DNA from: Octopus sinensis
Taxonomy: Eukaryota
Reading direction: 5' to 3'
Length of the DNA stretch: 64,000 nucleotides
Assembly (NCBI RefSeq): GCF_006345805.1
Contig: NC_042998.1
Span: 89,404,001 to 89,468,000 of the forward strand
A model generated the notes under the pieces. The model did not search any database and had not been told where the DNA came from. It worked only from the letters and a program-made list of their open reading frames with translations. Within the stretch, counting starts at the first letter, position 1; each line of letters starts with the position of its first letter. The translations under genes were made by a program, and so were the position numbers. Of the stretch, positions 39,015 to 50,960 are shown piece by piece.

Positions 39015-39830
39015 GCTCTTTTAACTCAGGTTTTGTTCTAACTCTTGACATCTTGTATGATTAGTGTTCTTGCTACCTGTAGCCGATAGTACCATGCTAT
39101 TTTTTCTCTTCAACTACCTTATACTTTGCTGATAATCTCAGACTTATCAAAGAGGTAAAATTTTGGTCACACCTCTAGTAGACATTCTATTTCCATTTTC
39201 CTTATGTTCCTCTCGGTATCTCTTGATACAATAATCGGCATTATCTTTATCTTTTCCATGTTCCACAGTCGGGATATTTCATATTTAAGAGGCTTGTACC
39301 CGCTTACTTCCGCCTCTTTGTTCTTAACTATCCATGAGTCAAATGGGCATGCAATATTAATTACAGAGCACACATGGTGTACTTTGACTGCCACCAATAA
39401 GTCTGGTTTGCTGTGATGAAGCACCTGGTTCGTTTGAAGCACCTGTGTGTTTTGTGGTCGTACCATGGCTTACCACCCTCTAAACTCGTTTCATGAAGTT
39501 TCCGGTGCAGAACTTTTACTTCCTCAACATGTCGCCACAACTTATATTGATTTTGAGCAAGTGCAAGACATTAATTTACGATATGAATAGTAGCTTCATC
39601 AAAACTTTTACATATTCGGCACACCGGATACACACATTGCTAAAACTCGCACTCCGATTTGTGGCCAAAGCATGGTTATACAAGTATAGTACTCCCAGTC
39701 TCCTTATCAAGTACTCCTCTCTTTAACCAGTCCCATCTCTATTTTCCAGCAGCTTCTGTTGTGACCTCATGAAATCTTTTGTATAAACCCTTCTCGAGTA
39801 GTACTTCATCATGTCTTTCTTGTACATCTA
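39015..39830 (-). mobile_element. Degenerate R4/Dong fragment (family D-like)
   Basis: CRICKSFDEATIHIVN finger remnant; REL SKPDLLVAVK..NIACPFD (ORF 39167-39466); 3' UTR resembles that of family D. Confidence 0.75.
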
Positions 39831-39977
39831 GTTTACCATTATTGTTATTATCATTATCATTTTATTGTCTTTGCACAGCTTCTAACGCTGGAGATGTACT
39901 ACGATGTCATCTGTTCACTACCAGTGAATTAAGGTAATACCCCTTATTTTTCGAGCACATATAATTATCATTATTAT

Positions 39978-40490
39978 ATGAAAACTCACAGCTTATTTTG
40001 CTGAGTATGATGGAAAGTGACAGCTGTCCACACCCAGCAGACTAAGGTGAGACTTGTATACTGGTCATACTTCAAGAAAGAACCCTGCGAAGAATTTTTG
40101 TAGGTTCTACCTTCACACTTGCACCGATCTTTTCCAGCCATGCTGGTAGTTGAGTGCTGATACTTCCAAGTGCACCAGTTACTACTGGTATCACGTCTAC
40201 TCTCTTCATTGACCATAACTTTCGTATTTCCCACTTCAAATCGTCACGATTGTTGTTTATTTGTTTCTTCTTCTTTCAAATTGATCCTGTTGTCACCGGG
40301 GCATGCTGTGTCGATTATTATACATGTTCTTTCTCTTGTATTCCCCACAACAATGTCCGGTTTCCTATGTCTGGTCGGTTTATCGCACTGGATCATTGCA
40401 TCCCACAGAATTTTGCAATTCTCATTTTCGGTGACTCCTTCTGAAGTTTGCTCATACCAAGTCTTTGCTCTTTGTAGACCGTGATTCCAC
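39978..40490 (-). mobile_element. 5'-truncated R4/Dong fragment (family C)
   Basis: WYE..EGVTENENCKILWDAMIQCD..HRKPDIVV..IIDTACPGD in ORF 40244-40597; its 5' junction abuts a (GAT)n tract. Confidence 0.82.
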
Positions 40491-40533
40491 ATCATCATCA
40501 TCATCATCATCATCATCGTCGTCATCGTCATCG

Positions 40534-40568
<35 letters not shown>

Positions 40569-40675
40569 TCCATCGTCATCGTCACCGTCATCGTCATCGT
40601 CGTCGTCGTGGTCGTCCTCCTCGTCGTCGTTGTCGTTGTCTTTGTTGTTGTTGTTGTTATTATTATTATTATTAT
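40491..40675. repeat. Compound (ATC)/(GTC)/(GTT)/(ATT) microsatellite
   Basis: Direct reading. Confidence 0.93.
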
Positions 40676-40886
40676 CTTTTTTTTCTTCTTCTTTCAAATT
40701 TGCTTCCATTTCTTGCCGATTGTTTTCCCGACTCCTAGGGCAAAGAAACTCATAGTATACATTGGTAGGCCATTAAACTAAACTCACTAGTTCGTTCATT
40801 TAAAAAAAAAATTTAAATTAAAATACATGGGTAGTAATAGTTCTCACATCGACAATACTCTTCTCAATACGTGTGATGTACCAGTT
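40676..40886 (-). mobile_element. 3' end of Dong family B (empty site for the mariner at 8371)
   Basis: Reverse complement matches 8221-8370 joined to 9201-9279, with a single TA (40756-40757). Confidence 0.9.
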
Positions 40887-40916
40887 AATAATAATAATAA
40901 TAATATAATAATAATA

Positions 40917-40955
<39 letters not shown>

Positions 40956-40980
40956 GCTATTGTTATTATTATTATTATTA

Positions 40981-41035
<55 letters not shown>
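40887..41035. repeat. (AAT)n/(ATT)n microsatellite with an internal orientation switch
   Basis: (AAT)n 40887-40917 followed directly by (ATT)n 40918-41035. Confidence 0.95.
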
Positions 41036-41038
<3 letters not shown>

Positions 41039-41132
41039 TAGTTTTATTTTTATAGTGTGCTTTCACTTCACTACCGAGCGCAGCTCTGTGTGCCTTGGGT
41101 ATGTGCTGTGAGTTGTTGTGATGCTCTGATGG

Positions 41133-43358
41133 TTATTGTATGGAAAGTGTTCTGCGTAGGATGTGTGCAGTGCCTAGTAGTGCAATTTTCTGTATGTTAT
41201 ATGTGTTTCTAAGTCCTGGTGTTTTTGTTATGTATTTGTCTGAATATTTTTTTATCATGCCTAATGCACCTACTATGATAGGAATTGTTTCTGTTTTCAG
41301 GTTCCACATTCTAGTTACCTCTATTTCCAGGTCTTTGTATTTTGAGAGTTTCTCCATTTCTTTTAGAGACACGTTGTCATCAGCCGGTATTGATACATCA
41401 ATTAGAAAGCATTTTTTTTCTTCATGGTCTCTGACAACTATATTTGGTCTGTTGGCCTTAATTTCTCTATCTGTGTGTATCGGCATATCCCAGAGTATGG
41501 TTGCTTTCTCGTTTTCTGTGACCTTTTCTGGTGTGTGCCTATACCATCTTTTTTCTGTTGTTATTCCATAATGTTGGCATAGCTTCCAATGTATGTAGGT
41601 TCCAACTCTGTCATGTCTGTGAATATATTCCTTCTTAGCCAGGACTGGGCAGCTAGAGATAATATGATTTATTGTTTCTTGTCCATCTCCACATATTCTG
41701 CAGTTACTTGTAATATTTCTTTTCATTACATGTTTTTGGTAATTTCTGGTGGGGAGGCTTTGGTCTTGTGCTGCAATTAAAAATCCCTCTGTTTCTGCTT
41801 TGAGTCCTGAGCTTCTCAACCATTGCTGGGATTTTTCTTTGTCTATTTCTTTTGCGTTTAGTTTAGTCCAGTATTTACCATGAAGGGGTTTTTCTTGCCA
41901 TCGTTTTATCATGGCTCGTTGCTGTTCTATTTTTAGTTTGGATTTCATTTGTTTTATAGCTTTTGTTGTTTCTTCATCATCTTCTTCTTCTTCTTTGTGT
42001 TTATTAGGTGGTATGATTTCTTGTTTGTATTTGTCAGCTTCCTTAAATACTGAGAACAGTTTTTTGTTTTGCTCGTGTTTTGCTGCTATCTGGATCAGTT
42101 TTCCTTCCTTCTGAAGTAGGTATTTTTGCAGTCCTATGGTGGTTCTTTTATAGTAGTTTTCCAGCTGTATAAGGCCTCTACCACCTATACGTTGTATATA
42201 TAGTCTTTCTATGTCAGATTTTGGGTGATGCATCCTAGATCCTTTCAGTATTTTTCTTGTTTTCCTATCTATTTTGGACAGTTCATTTCGTGTCCAGTTA
42301 AGGATATTGTAGCTGTAACTTATAACTGGGACAGCTAAAGCGTTGATACCTATTATCTTGTTTTTAGCATTGAGCTCTGTGTTTAGTATTGATCTAACTC
42401 GTCTATAATATTCTTTTTTTATTTTCTCTTTCATTTGTGTGTGTTGTGTCTTATCTAGTTCATGGATTCCTAAGTATTTGTAAGTTTGGCTTTGGTCTAA
42501 TTCTTTTATTTCATTGGTTTTATCTAGTGTGATGTTGTTACTCTTAACTAGTTTTCCTCTTTTCATGGTTACTTTGGCGCATTTTTCTAATCCAAATTTC
42601 ATATCTATTTCTTTGGTAAATCCATGAACTGTCTTTAATAGTGTTTCCAGCTGTTTGTCATTTGCAGCGTATAGTTTTAGGTCATCCATATATAAAAGGT
42701 GGCTGATCGTTTTGCCGTAACATTTATATCCGCATCCAGTTCTATTTAGCATATCAGATAGAGGTGACAGTGCCAAGCAGAAAAGGAGTGGAGAGAGCGT
42801 GTCTCCCTGGAATATTCCTCTTCTAATGGGGATGTCTTTGGTTTTCATGAGTCCTTCTTTTGTTTGGAGGTGTAGGACTGTTTGCCATTTATTCATAGAG
42901 TGCTCTATGAATGTTATGATTGTTGGTGCTACTTTGTTAATGGCTAGTGTTTCGAGGATCCATGTGTGGGGGATGCTATCAAACGCCTTTTTGTAGTCAA
43001 TCCAGGCCATACTGCGGCCTTTCTTCTTTCTGTGGCGGTCTTCAGTTACGGCTTTATTAATCATTAGTTGATCTTTACAGCCATATGAGCCTTTGCGGCA
43101 TCCTTTCTGCTCTTCTGGGAACAGTTTGTTTTCGTCCAGGTGCTTGTTCAGCCTTTGCGATATCACTGCAGTAAATGCCTTGAACATAGTAGGGAGGCAG
43201 GTTATTGGTCTGTAGTTTTCTGGTTTTGTTGTTTCATTTGATTTGGGAATTAAGATGGTTTTCCCCTTCGTGAACCATTCAGGCATTGTCTCTGGCTCTG
43301 CTAGTATGCTGTTAAAGTTTTCAGCCAGCTTTTTGTGCATTCCTGTTAGATATTTCAA
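41133..43358 (-). pseudogene. pol: RT-zinc finger-REL endonuclease ORF (741 aa fragment) of Dong family A
   Basis: RT motifs NYRPITCL, QKGCRKG, WIDYKKAFDS, GIFQGDTLSPLLF, YMDD, FGLEKC, YKYLG; R4-type HHPKSDIERLY..GGRGL; CCHC finger CRICGDGQETINHIISSC; REL region ILWDMPIHTD..RPNIVV..LIDVSIP..EKLSKYKDL. Separated from upstream coding pieces by an in-frame TGA and a frameshift. Confidence 0.92.
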
Positions 43359-43480
43359 CCAGAAGTTGGGGATCTTGTCATGCCCAGGTGCCTTCCAGTT
43401 GCTTAGTTTTTGCAGTGCCTGGGTGACCTCTTCAGTTGTTATGGGGGTTCAAAGTTGTTCAGATGCCGAGTTTGTTATTT

Positions 43481-44771
43481 TCATACTCCTTTCTTTGGCT
43501 GTTCGTTCGCCGACCATATTTCTTTCCAGAATTCTTCCAATTCTTCTGCCGTTGGTGCTGCAGTGACTTCTATTTTATTTTTGCCCAGTTCTTGGTAGAA
43601 CTTTTTGGGGTCGGAGTTGAACTTTTTGTTCTGTTCAAAGAAGCGTTGGCGTTTCTCGTACCGGCGGATCCTTTGAGCTTTGGCAAGGATATCTTGCTTC
43701 AGCTTTTCTTTTATCTCCGGCAAATCTTTTTCTGTGATGTTATATTTGCGGAGCATTTTTGTTCTCTTTTTGTTGCTCAGTAGCGTTACTTGTTTGCTGA
43801 TTTCATTAAGAATCGACAGGTCTTTTCTAATTTTTTTAATTTTGTTTTGGATGTTATTTATCCACAGGGTTTGTTTGGGTGGTGGTACTCCGGTTTGGGC
43901 GGGTTTGGGTGAGTATCCAGCTTCTTTTGTGGCTGCAGTGGCTGCTGCGTATATCAAGTCATTTAGTTCAGTGATATCACTTTTTTTGTTTCAGTGGCTA
44001 GTTCAGTGACGGCTAGGTTTATGTTGTTTATAATTGGTGTTGTTATTGCGTTTATTTTTATTCTTGGGAGGTATGGTCGGTAGTCCATTTTGAGCTCTGT
44101 GGTTTTCAGTTCTTTGATTATTTTATTTTTATATTATCATAATCATTAGGCTCCCCTTCGTTGTTTACATCGTATTTGTTGGGAATGTTGCGTTTGTCTT
44201 CGTGTTTTACAGTTTCAGTGTTTATATTATTGGGCATTGTTGTGTGGCTTCTATCTACATTTTCTTGGTGTATTTTTTCTTTTAAATGTTCTATTTCTAT
44301 TTCTGATATTTTTTTGGCTTTGAGAATGAATCTTCGTACGTTAGCTAATTTATTAGGGTTCATTGCTGTATCCAAGTCTATATCTCTGTTATTTTCCTTC
44401 CATATTTTATATGTATGTGTTGTTGTATTTTCATTTTGTGGGTAGAGCATTGCTGTGAAGTATGCGTGTAAGATAGAAATGTATTCCTCACGTGTCCATT
44501 TACGTCTTTTGGGTTTTAATTGCGGGACATGAGGTACAACGTCCGGCCCATTATTTTGACGGTCGTCATTTTCGTAGGGTACCGGTCCGTTTATTTCTGT
44601 TGTCACATTATTTCGCACGTGTAGTTTTTCGTACATTTTTTGTTGTAGGTTTAATGTACGTACCGCTCGATTGTTATTCTTGGGTTGAATAGTATCGGTG
44701 GCATTTAATTTCTTCGTAGTTCCTTTGTACATGGTGTTTGAGGTCGGGGATGATCGTGTTGTTCCACGCAT
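43481..44771 (-). pseudogene. N-terminal coding region of Dong family A (two frameshifted pieces)
   Basis: RRKWTREE..NKLANVRRFI (44118-44771) and W..IQNKIKKIRKD..AQRIRRYEKRQRFFEQNKKF..FYQEL..EEFWKEIWS (43481-43957) resemble the pre-RT region of R4-clade proteins; frameshift in an A-rich run near 44120. Confidence 0.8.
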
Positions 44772-45040
44772 GTTTACATGTGTTGTGTTAGAGGTGGAGA
44801 TAATATCGAGTCAAAATACATCATTTCGTTTCGAAAATAGTAATAAATTTCAATTCGTATTACTTACTCGGATATAGTCCAATTCTTTGTTAGTAAATCT
44901 TTGGCTCCATAGGGTGTCCTTGTTTTCGATGTTTGTGGATAGATTTCGGAGCTCTGTATTTTCCTTCTTACATCTTAAACGTCCCCGGTGTCTTCCCTTA
45001 AACGTCCCCGGTGTCTTCCCTTAAACGTCCCCGGTGTCTT

Positions 45041-45066
45041 TCTTCTTCTTCTTCTTCTTCTTCTTC

Positions 45067-45122
<56 letters not shown>
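45041..45122. repeat. (TTC)n + (TTA)n microsatellite at the 5' end of Dong A
   Basis: Direct reading. Confidence 0.97.
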
Positions 45123-46792
45123 GGGAGGCGGCACTTGGAGGAAAGTGATGTACACACGGCCTTCACAGGCCCTCCTAGACTAGTGAGATTGATGGCATTA
45201 ATGTTCGTGTTGAACTCTAACAATGAATATCTGCGGAAAAGACATTGCCATGGAAGGAATACGTACACGTACCCACGCATACAAATACGTGTGTGTGTTT
45301 AAATTTTTATTCGTCCACCATAGCCTTTTACGCTACCTTGGGTGGTGGTGCTCTGGCATGAGTGCAGCGCAGATGAGTTTGATCACTGGACGACTGAGTA
45401 AGTAACTGAACCATTGTAGGCATTTTTAGGGGCAAGAATTGTCAAAACTCATTCAGACGACTACCGTAAACATTGGAGTTTGATGCAAAATCCAATGCAG
45501 AAAAAACCGAAGTTCTCGAAAAATGCAAAATTGATTAAGTACTTTCAGCTTCCATAAGGCTATTCTTCTCATTGATCACGTCTGGCTGATGTGCAGCATC
45601 ATAAACAATTCATTTCATTGTTGCAGGTAACATTTCCAGAGGATTCTTTTCTATTCCTCATATTTAGGCTAACTGACCTGTGCAGTTTCTTCAAGCTGCA
45701 AGTCAACACGAGGAAACGGGCAATGACGAAGTGATGCAGAAGGAAAGAGAGAAAGAGAAAGAATGGGAGAAGGAGGGGGATAAATAGACAGACAGAAACA
45801 CCCACAGAAAGACGTAAAGAAAGAAAAAGATTTCAGGAAATATATTAAGATCGCATTTTAAATTTTGAATAATAAAAGGCCTTGTCATCACATGGTATGG
45901 TACATAAAAACAAATCAACATCAATACGGTTAATGTATTCAAAGTAATTGACTGTAGCAAGATTTGCATGGACTGTAAAATAAACAATAATCAAATGTTT
46001 TATATGGCTCAACATACAATTTTCTATTATATAAAACTCGTTAAACTAACGATATTCACATTGTAACCCCATGGTGTAATATTATTGCAATACTCTTCAA
46101 CTCCAATAACGAGCAAGTCTCTATTTGGTGAATCAATAGTCAACAAATATTACACAAGTCATAAATTACAACCCTATCACCTCAAACGAGGAAGGAGACG
46201 TTGAACAATATAAACCAAGTTAGCGAATACTCAGCACAAAGACATGCTGAAGCTTCTTTAAATATAGATGTACTCAGTCAGCACAAACCTATGGCTAAAC
46301 AGAAATATCAGCATTAAAACATCCGTCCATCAAACAATAAAGTTTAACTATTGTATTTACGCAATGCATTTGCTTAATGGCTTACTTCACTGTCTGGTGG
46401 GTTTTAACAATAAATTAACTGAACTAGAAAATCCAAATTGTTTATGAGTGATTAGAAACAATTATATCTCGAGAGTTATTTGAATATTCTAAGTACGCTT
46501 GCAGCGCAGCTGTATTCTATATGTGATATTTATGGTAGCAAAGAGAAATAACATTAGAATTTCTAATAGAAATTCGTTCCCACAACATAGTCTATTATCA
46601 TATACATACTTACACATGTACGCACGCGCGTACGCACACGCACACACTGGAAATAATATTTTGCAAATTTTAGCAAAATTTAACAGAAACACTTTTCTGG
46701 GTAAAGCATTTTCGGAGAGAGTTCACTTGAAACAGAAAATAATATGTATTTAGGGCTTACGATATAATGAAATAATAGGCAAGGCTTTAAAA

Positions 46793-46847
<55 letters not shown>

Positions 46848-48539
46848 CGTGCGTGTGTGTATTAACTTTTACAAGTAAAAGTTTTACAGTGATTTCTAAG
46901 TTTCAGTTACTCGCCATCATCAGACTCTCTGCTCAAGGCGAGCAAGCCGAAACTTTCAAGTTACTGTAAAACATTTGCCTTGTAAAAACTAATAAATATA
47001 TACTCTATAAAAAAGTATTCAATAATCCTTAAGTATAATGTTAAATTGTTTTTATACATAACTTGGAATAAAAACAAACACACACACATACATATTCACA
47101 TACATACATACATATACACATATACATGCGTGTGTATGCATATATGTATGTATGCATGTACGTATGTATGTATGTAAGTATGTGTGTATATGCATGGTAT
47201 TAATGTGTATATGTGTGTATAAGTATATTTGGGTATATCTGTAATTTATATAAAAAGAAAGCTATTCACATTTCTTCAGTATCTGATAAACTTGTTATAT
47301 ACGAATGTATGGTATGTGCTGACATGGTAAGAAATCTGAATTGAGATATATACGTATCTTTACAGATGTTGGGGCTGATATCTTTGTTAATGTAGACAAT
47401 GGAATGGATTCATTTACTGGTGTATTGATAGCAGAATATAATAAATATAATACTGAAATTCATTTTTAGCATTAAGAGAAAATGTTAGAACGGTGTACAC
47501 ATGAAACATGAACAGTTCTCCTACGTATAGGATGTAGGATGTAGCTACATCTGTGGAAGCATAATTTATGGTGTTTGAGTAAACACTTCCAATCCTAAGG
47601 CAAACTGTCATTGACATCATGTTTGTAACACTAAGTTAAAGGAGAAAGTAATGAATATTGACTGGATTTTGTGTATGTGTGTGTGAGAGAGAAAGTGGGA
47701 TTATTCTTTGTTTACAGCGCAACAAGTCATTTTCTTTATCTGTATCTAATAATACAAATGGGGAGGAATACCTCAAACAATATCAATAGATCGTTAGTAG
47801 GTCGAATTTCTCTTGCGTCGTTATCATTAACGATTTGCAACAATAGCAATGCCACAAATGTAGGTGTGTAACACGAAATTGGTCCTAGTATTTGACACTT
47901 ATTTAACTGAACGTGGAAGAATGAAAGGAAAAGTTTGACTCTGGCGAGATTTTTTACACAGAAACCAGCAATAATGCACATTAGTTTCCTCAACAGTTCT
48001 ACCGTTTCTGAGACTCCACCTTCATTAAAAATATTAAACCCGTTTAGAATAGTGAGATACATAATAAAACTAATCGCCATTTTTTTTCTGTTTTTGGCTT
48101 CTCCGTTCCCTTATCTAGAAATAAATAACCTGTTATTCTGGTAATACATGAGAACAAGACAAAATAATTAGATTTAGACTTATCAATTCAACTCCCAACT
48201 GACGACAGACGGGAGTTAAGTTCCTCCGCATTAAAAATATTCTGTTCCGTAAAAGAATAATTATCTAACTGCGAAATGAGGATATGTTTGCACGTGTTAT
48301 AATCTAAATAGTCAACGTAAGCCTCTTGTTTGAATCTGTACAAGTTTCAGTGACTATATGATGCAGTAAAATATACAAGGGTAATATAAAGTACAGAGTA
48401 GTCGAAGGGTTATGAAGCGCACTATTTACTTTTTTAAGTGAAAACAGAAAAATGTCTAAAAATCCGTGTGTCTTTTAATCAGTAAGTGATGGTTCAGATG
48501 CCGCAGTTCCTCCTAAAATGAATTGTGCTTATGTATGTG

Positions 48540-49470
48540 GGAGGAGGTTATGAATGTGGGATGCGTTGGCAACATCTTGATATTCACTTCCTCCCGGAAA
48601 GAGGCGATCAATATACACCAAATGTTCAATAACGTCGACAAACATTCAAAATTTGAAATAGAACATCCGGACGAACCCTGAAGACTTTGCCCTGTTTTCA
48701 ACTCGAGATTACGAAGGGTTCCAGCTATTCCATCTTTTACAGAAAAGCTACCAGTGGGAAACTCTTTGTTCATTATGAATCAGTTCCGTTCATCAGAACC
48801 AAAGCTGCATACTTGCGAATCAAAATCGCATGTATAAGCGACAAGTGCAGCGACAAGTGCAGCGACAAGTGCAGCGAAAAGTGCAGCGACAAGTGCAGCG
48901 TCACAGCTGGCAAAATTACCAACACCAAGCGGTTACTCAAGAACGTAATACACAACAGCTGTCCACCATCTTTAGCCACACGACTGCGCTTAAACAACTG
49001 TTAAGTGAGTGAATCACATAAGAGGGCCCATACTCCCAGGTCTGACATGTCTTTCCTTAAACTGTCCTATTTTGACTTCAGAACCACTGCTGTTATACAA
49101 CATGCAATCTACAGGAAGGGTCTTATCATACAAGATGGTACATATCTGGAAATAATGCTATAGCTAACATCATGGAATGTACACAAATTGCTCCGTCAAC
49201 TACTTCAAAATGTGCTCGAGGGCCTATGTGATATACAGGGTAATATGTAGTACTACAGTAAACGTAGAGTGTCCTATATTAGGAGCATTACTAGAGAACT
49301 GCATGTTCGAATAAAGGAACACATGCACACAGACACTGCGATGAAAAAACACCTACGGATGAGCGAGATACAGAATTTCACGGTATATATTATGGCCACT
49401 CAACGTAGTAGAAGAAATCTCAGAATCATGAAGGACATCCTTACCAACAAGAGCTACATGAAGCAGACTT
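48540..49470 (+). mobile_element. Penelope-like element remnant (RT end + GIY-YIG)
   Basis: NIHQMFNNVDKHSKFEIEHP, FYRKATSGKLFVHYES, and SYIRSITRELHVRIKEH (YIG-T-R-L--R--EH pattern); contains a 12-bp tandem AGCGACAAGTGC x5 at about 48837-48899. Confidence 0.7.
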
Positions 49471-50887
49471 GTTACTGTAACAACATCTGTCTGCTCATGT
49501 CACCATTTTCACCCAGACATCTGAGTAACGACCTTTTACATCACTCGCTTGTCCACGTCATTAAGAAGGTGTCATAACCCCGAAGTATAGAAATATAAGA
49601 TAAAGCTACACATTTGTTCTAATTTATTTTCGTAGTTTACTATATATCTCATCTTGTATAGTTGCTGCTATACCAAACAAGTTTCTTTAACATATATGCA
49701 CACACACACACACACACACGCACACACACACACACAAACACACAAACACACACACAAACACACACATACACACATACACACACACGCACTCACACACACA
49801 CACACACGCTCGCACGCACAGACTCATACACACGCACAGATTATATATATATAAGCTTAAGTTTTATTATGTTTCTGTCCAAAATAGCCAAGAATATATC
49901 AACTTAATGGTTCATATATTTTAAATTGTCTGCCGTGACACACATTTCTTTTTGTCATTGTCCTCATTGCATTTCAAAATGTACACAGAGATTAAATTAA
50001 AGTTGTATAGTCCCGACGGTGGTCTCCCCAATGACATATTTTGAAAGTATAAAAATTCATCTGAAGATGATTGACAACTAGCGGATGGTGTCAATATATA
50101 CACCAATAAAATTTGGTTCCATTCTTGCTACAATTTTCCACACTTACCAATACAGTTTAACTGCTTTAACTATCACACGTAAAAGAGATCTCTATCGGAA
50201 TTATAAACTGTAATTCTGAGTGATTGTCTTGTTATACTCTAGCAATTCTGCCGACCCACTACTTTAAGGCATTAATAGTATAAGATTAGAGATATCAACG
50301 ACAGCTCTATGGAGGAATCGATGTTGTAACCAGTATGTAATATATTGTATATTCTTTACATTTATTCTATAGAAATCTTTACTAAGTTAATTTGCTCCTC
50401 GAATTTACTTTTATTTCAATTCTATTCATTTGTTATATTTTTATCTATATATTAATAAGGTAGTAAGTTCTCACCTACTTTTTTGCCTCACATTAAGCTG
50501 ACAAACCTAGGGTGACAAACCTAGGGTGACAACCCTAAAAAGAAAAAAGAAAAGAAATGGTAAGAGAAGGCCAGATAAAAAAAAAGAGGAAGAAAATACT
50601 GGAGGAAAAAAGTGAAAACTAGAGATGATAATGTTAAATGGTGATAGCAGTGGTGGTGATATTTATTTGTTGTTTGTGAGGTAAATGGTCTATTTGTTGT
50701 TGGTAGTAAGGTAGTGCTGGTAGCGGTGAGGGCAGTTATTTGTACTAAGACTAAATTTCAGTTTGCAAAAATGAATTGTTCATGGGCAGCACTTTACAAC
50801 TTAAAAAAAATCTCAACCATCTCTCCCATTAATCAACACGCAACCATTGTCACCACAACAAAATATTACAGTTCTCAGTGTATGTAT

Positions 50888-50922
<35 letters not shown>

Positions 50923-50928
50923 CATACA

Positions 50929-50960
<32 letters not shown>

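Larger units (their letters stand above)
41036..45068 (-). mobile_element. Near full-length R4/Dong-clade non-LTR retrotransposon (family A), disrupted, inserted in (TAA)n
   Basis: Three collinear ORF pieces (44118-44771, 43481-43957, 41133-43358) give N-terminal domain, RT, CCHC finger and REL endonuclease; (TAA)n on the sense strand at both ends (45067-45122 and 40918-41035); 3' UTR matches a second copy at 10501-10785. Confidence 0.92.

Noticed and set aside
41133-44771. Dong A as an active autonomous element
   Set aside because: Two frameshifts, an in-frame TGA near 43450, a deletion after FWKEIWS and the PD-to-PN endonuclease change.
44974-45040. CRISPR-like short direct repeats (also 28672-28717, 48837-48899, 50500-50535)
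   Set aside because: Head-to-tail tandem units without spacers, in eukaryotic context, with no cas genes.
46865-46990. Inverted-repeat cassette with GGC..GCCGAAAC and CTGATGA on opposite strands
   Set aside because: Neither strand gives a complete core plus stems; probably a decayed PLE terminal repeat, too degenerate to call.
47736-48080. 114-aa minus-strand ORF
   Set aside because: No motif or homology I can recognise.
49560-49595. Possible hammerhead after the PLE GIY-YIG remnant
   Set aside because: Core (TTAAGA) and GAAA (GAAG) are both mutated.
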